Assembly: GCA_963799725.1 (NCBI GenBank)
Contig: CAWCYJ010000003.1
Location: 9,795-73,794, forward strand
Length of the DNA: 64,000 nucleotides
DNA from: an uncultured Pseudomonadota bacterium
GTDB taxonomy: Bacteria; Chloroflexota; UBA5177; JAJPKF01
Reading direction: 5' to 3'
The translations under genes were made by a program, and so were the position numbers. The notes below the pieces were generated by a model. That model was given only the letters and a program-made list of their open reading frames with translations, made no database searches and was not told the origin of the DNA. Shown here piece after piece: positions 9,455 to 19,495 of the stretch. The stretch's first letter is position 1. The number at the start of each line of letters is the position of its first letter.

Positions 9455-9751
9455 GTCCGCAAGAGAGTGGCGGGTGAGGAGGCGGCTTAGATATCTGCTG
9501 TCGCTAAATACCTCGCGACCAACGGCGCGTTTAGTTTTCGAATCTTGTCCTCGACCGGTGGGCCCTAGCCTGCGATCGGAGCAGCATCACCACCTGGGCG
9601 TTTGAGGCGGTCCCTCGACTTTTCCGATGTATGGCTGGAACCACAGGGCTGCGGGTGAATCAGGAGCCACCGGCAGTCAACGTGCCGGCGGCCGTGGTGT
9701 CGAAGGTGGGATGTCCGACTTCGTAACTTTAGTGTTGCGTAGGCTCCAGCT

Positions 9752-11018
9752 TCACGAATCGTATTGCCGGGCTGTGCCATGGCCCTGGGCGGAATGGCGT
9801 TTGCCGGCACCATTGGCGACACCGCCGTGAACGTTGGCAGTGGCCGCCTTACCTCTGGAACGGGACCGGCCATTCTTCCTTTTACTCTTAGCCTCGGGGA
9901 TGACAGGAGCGTCCAGTGAGGAGAGGTCAAGGGTTGGACTGGCCTCGCGCAACGTTTCCACGAGCTGTTGCTTGGTTTCCTCGAGCTCCGTGTGAAGTGC
10001 CGCCTGTTCTCGTTCTCGATTGCTCATCTGGTCCGCAACCCGACTCCGGAGGTTCCCCAGGGCAGCGCTCACCTGGGCTTGATTGATCTCGTCGGCACGC
10101 TCGAGGGCTTCGAGAGCCGCCGTGAGCATGGCGTCGACCGCCAGAGTCAGCGCCATCATTGAAGCTTCGCGCTCGACCTGGTTTTGAGCGGCCGAGAGGA
10201 AATCGTCGCGAAGGCGTTGCATCGCCACCACAGCCGTTCTCCGCCGGAGCGGTCGAGGATCGGATTTCAAACCTGTTGGTGGACGTACCTCCTCGGTGAT
10301 CGCCATCACCTCGGTGCCGACTGTTTCCCTTTCGTTCTCCGTTGTCCCGGCTGTGGCAGATTCCGAATCAGCCGGTATTTCCTCGGCCATGTCGGAGGGA
10401 ACCGATGATTCCGGAGCGACATCAGTGGGTGCTGTCGTTTCCGCCGAGTTTTCGCTTAGAGCCGGTGATTCGGCACCGATGTCAGTGAGGGCCAGTGTTT
10501 CCGCGGCCTCGTCGGTCAGAGTCAGTGTTTTCGCGACCACGGCGTCGCTCGGTTTCCATGGCATCGCGTGAGGCCCGTGGCCGCGGCGTCGGTCAGGGCC
10601 GGTGATTCGGCGTCGGGACGGCCAGGGCCGGTGTTTCCACGGCATCGTCGGTCGAGGGTCGCAGTGACTCCGGGACAGTGGCTGGGCTCTCGGTCTCGCC
10701 GTCTGCCGGCAAGTCCGTGGTTTCGTCCGCTACGGCGGCGCCGGTCAGCGAGGCTGGGGAGGTCGTCTCCCACAGCTCTGGCATGGTAATCTTGCGGCTC
10801 GGCTCGCGGTCACGCTTCTCCTGCGCCCGCTCAAGCTGTTTCGTGTCTAGGTAGTACTCGATGCCGTAACCACGGCCAAGCCTCTTGTGGGCTTGAAGTG
10901 TACCATCCGCGACCCACTTCCACAGTATCGATACGGGTATGTTCAAACCCGTTGACGCGTCGTGCAGTGACGTGAGCCCGCTTTGTTCCTTTGGTTTTCG
11001 TCCAAACATGTTTTGCAA
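9752..11018 (-). pseudogene. HTH (MerR/excisionase-like) - acidic repeat - coiled-coil - basic tail protein, about 2 frameshifts inside the repeat
   Basis: The N-terminus reads LTSLHDASTGLNIPVSILWKWVADGTLQAHK. Acidic 9-10 aa repeats (DDAVETPALA, DAESPALTD, DEAAETLALTD, IGAESPALSE, NSAETTAPTD) are spread over three frames around 10560-10650. These are followed by the coiled coil ...LERADEINQAQVSAALGNLRSRVADQM... Confidence 0.5.
10430..10700. repeat. Degenerate ~27-nt coding tandem repeats (acidic linker of 9752-11018)
   Basis: There are repeated units such as ggccggtgattcggcaccgatgtcagtgag, ggccagtgtttccgcggcctcgtcggtcag and ggccggtgtttccacggcatcgtcggtcga. Confidence 0.6.
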
Positions 11019-11223
11019 CCGAGCCTCCTTTTGTGGGGATCACCTGGGTTGCCAGCTACCGAACCCCTTCTGGCTAGCCCAAGTGGTTCATCCATCTGGC
11101 GCCATCACTATAGCCAGGCAAGGGAGAGAAACCGTCTAGACGACGGTAAAGAGCGGGTCAAGACGCCGCTATGACCGGTCTGGAAAGCCTAACGCGGATC
11201 TGCTGTCGATTTCGGCATCAGCC

Positions 11224-11510
11224 GTTCAGCCTTGTAAGGTTCGACTGATCGTAGGCGCAAGGTGATGCGACGGAGGCTCACGCTCCAGCTCGTTGAGTGC
11301 TGCCTGAAGGGCAGGTCAGTTTCCGTGGATGTCACAAAGGCAGGCTACCCACAGAAGTGATCATCCCAGGCCCGGCAGGCCGCTCAGACGTCCCCGCCAC
11401 TTGGCCGTGGCTCTTCGACGGCAGTGTTCTCCACTTCTGGTCGGGGTCGGAGATAGTGCTCTGCAGACCATTCCGCGTCCGAGGATGAGCACCCGTGCCA
11501 TGAGTTTGTG
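11224..11510. repeat. Copy A: degenerate copy of the 3' end of the AAA ATPase gene plus its downstream region (homolog of 13391-13700)
   Basis: It shares strings with copy B in the same order: gttcagcctt, ttcgactgatcg, gctcacgctccagc, gtttccgtg. The minus strand retains a relic ...TAVEEPRPSGGDV-stop, compared with DSAVVQPAPDGGDA-stop in the intact gene. It is 1 nt shorter, so it is out of frame. Confidence 0.75.
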
Positions 11511-11550
11511 GGTGGAAGTGGTTAATGAGGGAGTGATCTATTGCTCGACC

Positions 11551-13107
11551 CTAGCTGAACTGTCGGAGCCGCGGCCACATACTAGCCCAACGCTGCCTGG
11601 GTTCGGTGCAGACGTAGATATGGCCGCCCCACTCTTGGTTATGGATGCCGGCGCGGTTGTGTAATGTGGCAGCGACGCGTACCCGGCCGAAAAAGCTCAA
11701 CAGGTACTCGAGGGCCTGGCGATTGGTCTCGTCGATTGGACCCGGCTGTACGGCCACCACCGTCGTGGCACCGGGCTTACCGGGGCCCCAGAACCACTCG
11801 TTATTCTGCCCGCTGACGGCCAGAGGCAAGCGGAGCCCGCGGCCCAACTCATTGATGGCACCGGCCTCGCCATAGTCTCCAGTGAAGATGACAGCATTCG
11901 CCCGCTCGCTTGCCGGCAATGAAAACCATACGTGCGCGACGGAATGGACCAACTCAGGCCAACCAACCTCCTCCGCCAGGGTCGGCTGGCCTCCGATGTC
12001 CTTTGCCGGCAAGATGGGAAGCACAGCAAGTGCCGCGATCGCGGTCGTGAGTGCTGTCGCGGCCAGCACCAATCGGAACCGCACGCGGTGAGTATCCCAC
12101 CAACCCTCGACACTGACGGCCCCAGCGGCCGAGAGGTAGACATAGGCGGCGGCCAGGTAATAAATCTTTGCCCCTGTGGTCAGCGCGAAAAGCACAAACA
12201 ACAAAGCGTAAGCCCACACAAGCGCCCGCCACAGAGGGTACTGAGACCGCCAAAGGAAACGGATTCCGACTACCCACAGCCATACCAGCGCCAGGCTGAC
12301 CATCAGCAGCTGACCGACTATCCAGGTGATGATATTGCCGGTGCCGCCGTTTTCCTGGTTCAGTGTTTGGGTCATGGCGATGGTGGGCCAGACGTGTGAC
12401 GCTTGCCACCAGAGGTCTGGAATGGTGAAACAGGCGGCAATAACCGCTCCGGCGAGCGCCCATCTGTTGAGGATGAGTCGCCAACCTCCGCTCAGTAACC
12501 CGCCTAGGACGATGGCAACCGCGAAGAATCCGATGCTGTGTTTGGCAGTCAGACCTATCCCCAGGATCAAGCCGCCGAGCAGCCAGTAGCGACAGTCTGC
12601 AGTTCGTCCGACCCGTAGGACCACCAGCGCGAGCAGCGTCCAGAACAGGAGGTCGAGTGTCGACGGCTCCAAAAGGTGACCCTCACCGAGGAGGACAGGC
12701 ATCGTGGCAGTTGCTAAGGCCGCAAGGATCTGGGCACCGCGGCCGCCGCCCAGCTCGCGGGCAAGTGCCGCGCCGGCGATGACTGTGACAGCCACCGCCA
12801 ATACAGACCAAGCGCGAAGACCCACGAGCGAGACCCCGAACAGCGACAGCGAGATTCTGGCGAGCAGAGGTACCAGGGCCGGTTGATCCACATAACCGCC
12901 CTGTAAATGCCTGGCACAGTCGAGGAAGTACAGCTCGTCGCGATGAAAGCCATACCGGCCGGCCAGAGCGATCTCCAGGGTAAAGACTCCCAGCGCGATC
13001 AGAAGCACTGGCCGCGCAGCGAACTTCTCTACATTCGGAAGCGCGAGCGGGTGCTGCGGATGCTGCATCGGGACGTCCTGGCACGGCCGGCTGGATTGAG
13101 CAGGCAA
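11551..13107 (-). CDS. GT-C fold glycosyltransferase (family 39/83, ArnT/PMT-like)
   Basis: The ORF is an intact 518 aa with many TM segments. The first-loop motif HRDELYFLD is typical of GT-C lipid-linked sugar transferases, and there is a soluble C-terminal domain. Confidence 0.8.
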   Translation of the reverse strand: MPAQSSRPCQDVPMQHPQHPLALPNVEKFAARPVLLIALGVFTLEIALAGRYGFHRDELYFLDCARHLQGGYVDQPALVPLLARISLSLFGVSLVGLRAWSVLAVAVTVIAGAALARELGGGRGAQILAALATATMPVLLGEGHLLEPSTLDLLFWTLLALVVLRVGRTADCRYWLLGGLILGIGLTAKHSIGFFAVAIVLGGLLSGGWRLILNRWALAGAVIAACFTIPDLWWQASHVWPTIAMTQTLNQENGGTGNIITWIVGQLLMVSLALVWLWVVGIRFLWRSQYPLWRALVWAYALLFVLFALTTGAKIYYLAAAYVYLSAAGAVSVEGWWDTHRVRFRLVLAATALTTAIAALAVLPILPAKDIGGQPTLAEEVGWPELVHSVAHVWFSLPASERANAVIFTGDYGEAGAINELGRGLRLPLAVSGQNNEWFWGPGKPGATTVVAVQPGPIDETNRQALEYLLSFFGRVRVAATLHNRAGIHNQEWGGHIYVCTEPRQRWASMWPRLRQFS

Positions 13108-13270
13108 TCTGCCAGCCGGGCAGAGTTGGCGGCCGGCCCAACTGACTTACCAATGGTAGTAGGTCGTGGCGAAGGCTAGAGGTGATTGGGAATGATGGCC
13201 GCTCGATACGTCACATGGTCGTGTTTCCCACGGGAGGGAAATTGGACCAGCGCGTTGACAGCACCTACCA

Positions 13271-13390
13271 CCAAGATTTGGGCGCATTGCCTGAGACCCG
13301 CGAGCTAGCGCACCAGCTATTCTGAGATCCACGCCACAATGAAGTCAGCAAATACACGAGCCAAGAGTCGAGGACTCTAGCGGAGCAAAA
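13271..13390. repeat. Copy X of a ~115-nt non-coding element (homolog of 15113-15225)
   Basis: It shares gcgcattgcctg, acaatgaa and gagcc blocks in collinear order with copy Y. Both copies sit upstream of minus-strand genes. Confidence 0.6.
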
Positions 13391-13700
13391 GTTCAGCCTT
13401 CTGAGTTTCGACTGATCGCAGGCACGGGGTGATTCGGCAGACGCTCACGCTCCAGCGCTCTCAGAGCCGCCTAAAGGGCAGCCAGGTTTCCGTGAATGTC
13501 GCAAAAGGCAGTCTGACGCGCACGAGTGATTATCCCAGGGAGGGAGGCGGCTTAAGCGTCGCCGCCATCTGGCGCGGGCTGTACGACCGCGCTGTCCTGC
13601 ACTTGCAATCGGAGATCGGACAGAGCACTTTGCAGACCCGACTCAAGCGAGCCATTCCGGCCTGTCGAAACCCAGGCAACAGCTGATGAGAGCACCATCT
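13391..13700. repeat. Copy B: 3' end of the AAA ATPase gene plus ~160 nt downstream (homolog of 11224-11510)
   Basis: See copy A. The alignment runs through the stop codon at 13552. Confidence 0.75.
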
Positions 13701-14877
13701 CCTTGAGGTAGGCGAATGAGAAGCCATCTGTCTCACCGGCGAGACGATCGATAAGTTCCTCGCTAATCTGACCGGATGTCTCCAACTTTGAGTTCCATCG
13801 GGCTAGGTATTCGCGCCGCTCTGCGTACTCCGGCGGTCAAAGTAGTACCGGCGATCGAATCTGCTGGGCCGGTTAGAGATGGCGGGGTCGAGCTTTTCGG
13901 GGTGGTTGCTCGTTGCCACTGTCAGGATTCCCGCATTTTCTTCGAACCCATCGAGCTGGTTGAGGAAGTAGGAGCGATTATGCTCTGTTACCAGGGAGTC
14001 GATGTCCTCGATAATCAGCATGCAGGGCGATCTCTTCCGGGGCCTCATCGAATACGTCTTGGACGTCACTTTCACCACCGTGAAAGGTCTGAACGTAGAG
14101 ACATTGCCGATCGACCGCGTTGACTAGGGATTTAACGGTGTGGGTCTTCCCGTTGCCGGGGGGCCCGGTAAGGAGGATTCCTCGCTTCCATGGCGCGGCG
14201 TAAGATTCGTAAATCGCCTTCGCTTCAAAGAACCAGGTAATGTCATGCATGATCTGGCCTCTCATGCCGCTTTTCAACACCAGGTCATCGAACTTCGCCG
14301 CCTTGATGGCGGCGGCAAGCGGCTTGTTCTTGCTCCAGTGGTACCCGTCGTAGACGAGAATTTCCTCGCGCGTCTCCGAGTTCCAACGGCATACCGTAGA
14401 GAAGAAGGCATCTGCCATCTCAGGCGTATCAGCCAGTATGTATGTCCAACTCACTCCCCGGCCCTCTTCGCCGTCGCCCAAGGCGTGGATCAGCACCACC
14501 TCAAGCTCTTTGCCCTCCCAAGACACGTCGAACCATGCCTGTTTTGGATGTGGCTTCACCTTGCCCGTTTCATCGAACCATGACTTCACGAAGCGGCTCT
14601 GAGGAGAAGTGCGCACCCGAATTTCACAGTTGCCTTCCTCAACAAACTTGGTAAGGCCGAATCGGTGGTCGGCAACATCGAGCAGAGCTTTATCCGGAAA
14701 GAGGCGAGTCAGCTCATCGTGAATCATATATGGCCGCAAGGCTGGAATGCTTGAGAGTGCCTCATGGAAGAAATACTCGAGCTTCCTGTGCCGCGATCCT
14801 GTCTGCCGACCCGAATCGGCGAAACCAAAGTTGGCTTTCCGCTTGCTGGCCGGCAGGTCGTCGGGTCGAGCTGGCAT
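13552..14877 (-). pseudogene. Bcs1-like AAA+ ATPase with an uncharacterised N-terminal domain, 2 frameshifts as sequenced
   Basis: Walker A reads LLTGPPGNGKTH. After a frame change, Walker B reads CMLIIEDIDSL, followed by ATSNHPEKLDPAISNRPSRFDRRYYFD. A second change occurs at gg 13835-13836. One more C on the coding strand restores PPEYAERREYLARWNSKLETSGQISEELIDRLAGETDGFSFAYLKEMV. Confidence 0.8.
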
Positions 14878-15032
14878 TATGTCCTACCTGCCAAACGCTG
14901 CCAAGGGAATCCTAGGACATCATGTGCACCGACCTGACGCCTCGAATCGAGATTGTAGAGCGTGACGTTGAGGTAGGGCGAGATCAGGTCCCGAAGTGTA
15001 AAGCCGTAGCGGGAGTTGGTCCAGGATTCCAT
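14877..15032 (-). CDS. 51-aa hypothetical protein coupled to the AAA ATPase (below the ORF-track cutoff)
   Basis: The product reads MESWTNSRYGFTLRDLISPYLNVTLYNLDSRRQVGAHDVLGFPWQRLAGRT. Its TAA overlaps the ATPase ATG (TAATG). There is no SD. A TATACT hexamer lies 4 nt upstream. Confidence 0.4.
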   Translation of the reverse strand: MESWTNSRYGFTLRDLISPYLNVTLYNLDSRRQVGAHDVLGFPWQRLAGRT

Positions 15033-15036
15033 AGCC

Positions 15037-15057
15037 AGTATAGTCACGGTAACTATA
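15037..15057 (-). promoter_or_regulatory. -10-like TATACT overlapped by the palindrome TATAGT-N7-ACTATA
   Basis: The plus strand reads agtata at 15037-15042 and tatagtcacggtaactata at 15039-15057 (6-bp arms), immediately upstream of the 51-aa ORF. Confidence 0.35.
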
Positions 15058-15112
15058 ACGGTTTGGTGCTTTTACCGGCTTCCTTGATAGTCACGGCGAG
15101 AGAATAGCATCG

Positions 15113-15225
15113 GGAATTTAGCGCATTGCCTGGGAGCCTAGCTCTAGAGCACCCGCTTATCGGAGATCGGCGCAACAATGAAATTCAACATACAAGAGCC
15201 GAGAGGCGACGTCTCTTGGCTAGGA
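15113..15225. repeat. Copy Y of the ~115-nt non-coding element (homolog of 13271-13390)
   Basis: It is collinear in similarity to copy X. It lies in the divergent region between the 51-aa ORF and 15233. Confidence 0.6.
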
Positions 15226-15232
15226 GCAGACA

Positions 15233-15914
15233 ATGGCTAACGAGCTTAGGGTGACTCTGGAAGTCGGGCCGAAGGATAAGAAGGTTGTCGCTGTGGCGCC
15301 GGACTGGCCGGGTCTCGAGCGGGGGGCGAAGACCGGAGAGGCTGCGGTTGAAAAGTTGCAGTCCTACCTCCCTCGCTACGCAAAGGTGGCATCGCTGGCC
15401 GGGATGGATGGAGAGTTTTCGGGCATCAGGGATGTCGACGTCGTGGAGCAGTACCCGGGTACTGGCTCAACCGACTTCTGGGGCATCTCATTCGCATTCT
15501 CGAGCATCGATGGGCAACCGATGTCTCCCGAGGAATTAGAACGAGAACTAAGCCTGATGCAGGCCTGCTGGGCCTTCTTCGACGAGGTTCGTTCGCGCGT
15601 CTCGGCCGAGATGCAGAAGGGGCCACGAGGCGGAGGGCGTGATCGGGACCGAATCGTTCGTCATGTCCTCGCGACCGAGCAGGATTGGGCAAGGAAGCTG
15701 AAGGTCTACGTTCCCCAAGATGAGGTGGTCGTCGACGACGAGGGACTGAAAGCCTATCGCCAAGCTTATTGCACGGCGATTCGGACGCTTCCATTCCGAA
15801 GGCAAGAAGGCTCGAACCTGGCCTCTGAGGTACCTGATTCGGCACACGGCGTATCACACCATGGATCACGCCTGGGAAATGGAAGACAAAGACATGAGCG
15901 ACGCAGCCGGTTAG
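15233..15914 (+). pseudogene. DinB/YfiT-like putative metal-dependent protein, 1 frameshift
   Basis: The sequence reads ...RIVRHVLATEQDWARKL...AYRQAYCTAIRT. After a frame change near 15790 it continues FHSEGKKARTWPLRYLIRHTAYHTMDHAWEMEDKDMSDAAG then stop (TAG 15912-15914). Confidence 0.6.
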
Positions 15915-16022
15915 GGACGATCAGAGAGCAGTGGGGTCTCGCTTAGAGGCTGGACAGCCTCCGAACGGTGAGACCACGTCTCGCCAGCTCTCCCCGTCGA
16001 ACGACTTTTCAAGGAGCAAGGA

Positions 16023-16567
16023 ATGACGCAGGATGCACGTGAGATGTTCGTTCAGACGTTCGACTACACTCATGAGCCGGCTCACCGACCGCCTCAAGGG
16101 GCTTACGGACGACGAGTACTTCTGGAAACCCGGCTCGAATTGCTGGACAGTTACGGAAAGTTCCGAGGGCTACCGCAAGGAGTGGGAGGAGCTGCCTGAT
16201 GGCGCCGTTGAACCGGTGACGACCATTGCCTGGCGTCTGTGCCACATCAGCGAGGACGTACTGCGAGCATTTGCCGCCTCAGATTACCTCGGGGCAACCA
16301 CCCGGACGAGAACCTTCCGCTTGCGCTGCGACTGCGGCCGGTGCTCTCGACCTCCTCGATACGGCATACGGCGACTGGCGAGAGGCTGTGGTCACGCTTG
16401 ACGGAGACCGACTGTGGCGAGAGCTTGGGCCGGCCTGGGGTCCTTACGGCACCGACTCGCTGGCCGACCTCGTACTCCATATCCTCGATGAGTTCATCCA
16501 TCATGGTGCAGAGGTCGCACTGCTGCGGGATCTCTACCGCGCTCGCAACGGTGCGTCTCAGATCTGA
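16023..16567 (+). pseudogene. DinB-family protein, about 3 frameshifts
   Basis: The RBS aaggagcaagga precedes the ATG at 16023. The pieces read MTQDAREMFVQTFDYTH, SRLTDRLKGLTDDEYFWKPGSNCWTVTE...TTIAWRLCHISEDVL, and AAGALDLLDTAYGDWREAVVTL...LADLVLHILDEFIHHGAEVALLRDLY. Confidence 0.7.
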
Positions 16568-16691
16568 GTCTTCATTCGTGAATTGGGTGGCGTTGCGGGG
16601 GTTTGCGAGACGGCGTAGCCTACTGGCTCGTACTCGAGGCCTCGGCCAAGGGCGCCTATCTTCCATTGCGCTAGCCGGGGAGAAGGCGAGC

Positions 16692-17826
16692 TTAGCCTGG
16701 CGGAAGCTTGGTCCACCAGTGCGCATAGCGAGCATAGACGCTGGAGTCGCGAGCACGGAGAAAGGCCACAAGTCGTTGTCGCTTCGGAAGAGAGAGAGCT
16801 CCAGTCCTCATCGGATAGCTGGTGGAATGCAGTGGCTTCGATTCCTCCCTCGACGGGGCGCCACACCCCTGCCACGTAACCGTCTACCAGCAGGGTCGGT
16901 AGCACGTCGCCATTTGTACGAGTAACGAGCTTCCTGTAGGCGGGCGGAATGAGCCGGCTCCGGTCCGCATGTGCGAGGAGAACGCTATCCCACATAGCCA
17001 TGAGCCTGGGAGGTGCCGGCGTGTCCGCCGGGGGAACAGGCGCATCGGGGACATCAAACAGCTCGGTACTGTCTGGCCCCTGGAACTGCTCGAGCCTGTC
17101 GGCCAGACCGTCCAACGCATGTCGCACCCTGGACCGTCGCACGAGGGCGAACTGGGCCATATCGACCACAGAGGCAGGTCCGAAGCCTTCCAGATACCGC
17201 CAAATCAGAGTCTCCAAGGCTCTGTCCGCCTCAGCTATCCCGCCGGTCGGCGGCGGGATGGCCGCTGCAACCAACATTCGCCGCGAACCGAAGGACCAAG
17301 CTCCACCGGTCGGAGCGTGTAGCAACGGACCGTAATGGCGAAGTGCCCACAGGACGTATCGTGGAGGGACTCCCGAGCTGCTCCGCTATCCACGCCTCGA
17401 TCTCAGTCGTGGAGTGAGCCTCCTGAAGGAAGTCGAGAAGTTTTGGCAGAAAGGCATCCGCGTCGTCGGCCGAGAGCCCGGTCGATGTGAATCTGCGGAT
17501 CGCCGAGTCGTGCAGATCGCAGGGTCGGCTGCATTGCTGAATGCAGACACCGCATAGTCCTCCCGGTGAACGACATGCAACGTGAGTCGCATCAGTGTGG
17601 CCTTGACCAGCTCGCCCGACGCGAAGGCAGCGTCAAGTTCGACTGGGTCGAAATTCGACAGACGGTTCCAAAGTGCGATGTAGGGTGATGCCGGCTCCTG
17701 GGCCTGTATGGCCCCCACTCGACGCACGGCATCCGAAACCGTCAAAGGCTCCCGTTTTAGAAGTAGCTGGCGCGCGAGAGACGCTCGATTGAGCTGCCGT
17801 AAACCGAGTGTCACTACCCTTGGCAC
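16692..17826 (-). pseudogene. AlkZ/YcaQ-like winged-helix DNA glycosylase family (DUF1006), at least 2 frameshifts
   Basis: The N-terminus reads RQLNRASLARQLLLKREPLTVSDAVRRVGAIQAQEPASPYIALWNRL. The middle reads LIWRYLEGFGPASVVDMAQF...TLLVDGYVAGVWR. The C-terminal piece in another frame reads FLRARDSSVYARYAHWWTKLPPG then stop. Confidence 0.7.
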
Positions 17827-18000
17827 TGTTTGGGAATGAGTTTGGATTGAATCAACGATGCGGCCGACGGTTCTTTAACGGAACGCAAGCAGACCTAGTG
17901 CATGAGGCACGGGGGTAGTCCGAGCATCATTTCTTCCAGCCCGACACCTAATCTCGGTCGCATACACGCCGCGATCGAGGCACCGAAAGCACTCGGGAGT

Positions 18001-18576
18001 TTATAGTTCGCTGAGAAAGCTCAGTGTTCTCTCGAGCAATAGGGCGGCCGCTTCGGGGACGTAAGACGGTAGAGAGCTGTCGGCGAAATAGTGCTGGTTG
18101 CCCGGATACAGGAAGAGCTCGCCATCTTCCGCCTGCCCGACAAGCTCTCGAGCGGCGTCGATGTCGCCCTCGTCCACAAAGTATGGGTCGGCATCCATTC
18201 CGTGTACTTGCACCGGAACCTCGCGTGGCCAGACCCCACCGAACGCCGAGACGGGTACGCAGGAGTAGTAGAACAGGGCGCCTCGAGCCCCTGGCCGCGT
18301 CTGAGCCAGCTTCTGTGCGGAAGGTACGCCCAGCGAGAATCCCGCGTAGACAAGCTCAGCGGGTAAGCCATCCACAGCCCTTGTGCCTCGGTCAATGATC
18401 TCCGAAAAGCCGACTTCCTCCACGTAGCCCATGCCTTCCTCGATGCTGTTGAAGGTACGCCCTTCAAAGAGGTCGGGGGTGTGCACGGTGTGGCCCTCGC
18501 GCCGTAGGTCATCCGCGAAGGCGATAACTCCCTGGGTCAGCCCCAGGGCGTGGTGGAACAACACTACCTCAGCCAT
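18001..18576 (-). CDS. Dienelactone hydrolase family protein
   Basis: The ORF is an intact 191 aa. It carries a G-x-S-x-G-like elbow (AGFSLGV) and shows overall alpha/beta-hydrolase DLH-like sequence. Confidence 0.7.
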   Translation of the reverse strand: MAEVVLFHHALGLTQGVIAFADDLRREGHTVHTPDLFEGRTFNSIEEGMGYVEEVGFSEIIDRGTRAVDGLPAELVYAGFSLGVPSAQKLAQTRPGARGALFYYSCVPVSAFGGVWPREVPVQVHGMDADPYFVDEGDIDAARELVGQAEDGELFLYPGNQHYFADSSLPSYVPEAAALLLERTLSFLSEL

Positions 18577-18752
18577 GTCGTAACAATCTCCTTTCCTTTC
18601 TGCGCACCGGGCACACGAACCTGATCCTGGAATGTCTCACTAGTCTAAAACGGTGAGACTGTCAGCCGGGCACTTAAACGACTGTCTGACAGCCGATCCA
18701 TGCTGGTGGATCAAGCCATCGTGCCTGCCCCAGGGCTGGGTCTTAGGCTGAT

Positions 18753-19358
18753 CTAGCGAACGGCGCGCAGGACGTTGATGGTCTGTCCCCGGCGGACAGC
18801 TGTAGTGGGGCTAATTTCGGAGAACCCGGCAGCTTCGACATCGCGCACGAGCTGGTCGAACTGCTCCTTCGTCAGCCCGCCGAATCCCCCCGGCGAGATA
18901 AGCGGCTCAACCACCAGGAGCCTGCCCCGCGGTGCCAGGACTCGACGTGCCTCAGCCAGCCCGGCAGCACGGTCATCCCAATGGTGGAGCGAGCGCAAAG
19001 CCCAGAGAATCGTGGCGCTGGAGTCGGGGAGTGGTAGATGCTCAGCGGACCCTCTGAGGAGTGTGAGGTTTCTGGATCGACAAAGAGCTTTGACGCACCG
19101 TGCTACGCGAAGCATCTCCTGCGCGGGATCTACGCCCGTCACTCGGGCGCATCTACGGGCAGCCATCGGCGCCGCCACAGCTGGGCCACAGCCGACATCT
19201 ACCAAGTGATCGTCCGGCCGAAGCTGAGCGAGATCGAGGACCCAACCGCGAGCAATGCCCCTGCGCATGATAAGCAGAAAGGCCATGACGGTACCCATAA
19301 CCGGGCCGTACGAGCGGTGATGGGCAGGGTGATCGGAGGTATGGGGCGAATGGCTCAA
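18753..19358 (-). CDS. Class I SAM-dependent methyltransferase
   Basis: The ORF is an intact 201 aa. Motif I reads LVDVGCGPA, and the post-I acidic residue context reads VTGVDPAQEML. Confidence 0.75.
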   Translation of the reverse strand: MSHSPHTSDHPAHHRSYGPVMGTVMAFLLIMRRGIARGWVLDLAQLRPDDHLVDVGCGPAVAAPMAARRCARVTGVDPAQEMLRVARCVKALCRSRNLTLLRGSAEHLPLPDSSATILWALRSLHHWDDRAAGLAEARRVLAPRGRLLVVEPLISPGGFGGLTKEQFDQLVRDVEAAGFSEISPTTAVRRGQTINVLRAVR

Positions 19359-19495
19359 CTGACTGTTACATCCTCCAACGGCTGTCTCAAGTTACAAGAA
19401 CGGCCGTCGGTTCCGTTGACGCGACGCGATACAGACGATCCAAGGTCCGCGGTCTTAGAGTGAGTGAGAACTAGTGAAACAGACTGAGGGACGAG

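Noticed and set aside
13108-13270. Possible relic of the 51-aa ORF between repeat X and the glycosyltransferase start.
   Set aside because: Weak nucleotide resemblance to 14950-15030 did not translate into any protein-level similarity.
11224-15225. Mobile element or genomic island explanation for the duplicated segments, and the tRNA-Gly at 20796 as an integration site.
   Set aside because: No integrase, transposase, recombinase, terminal inverted repeats or direct repeat of the tRNA 3' end could be found in the window.
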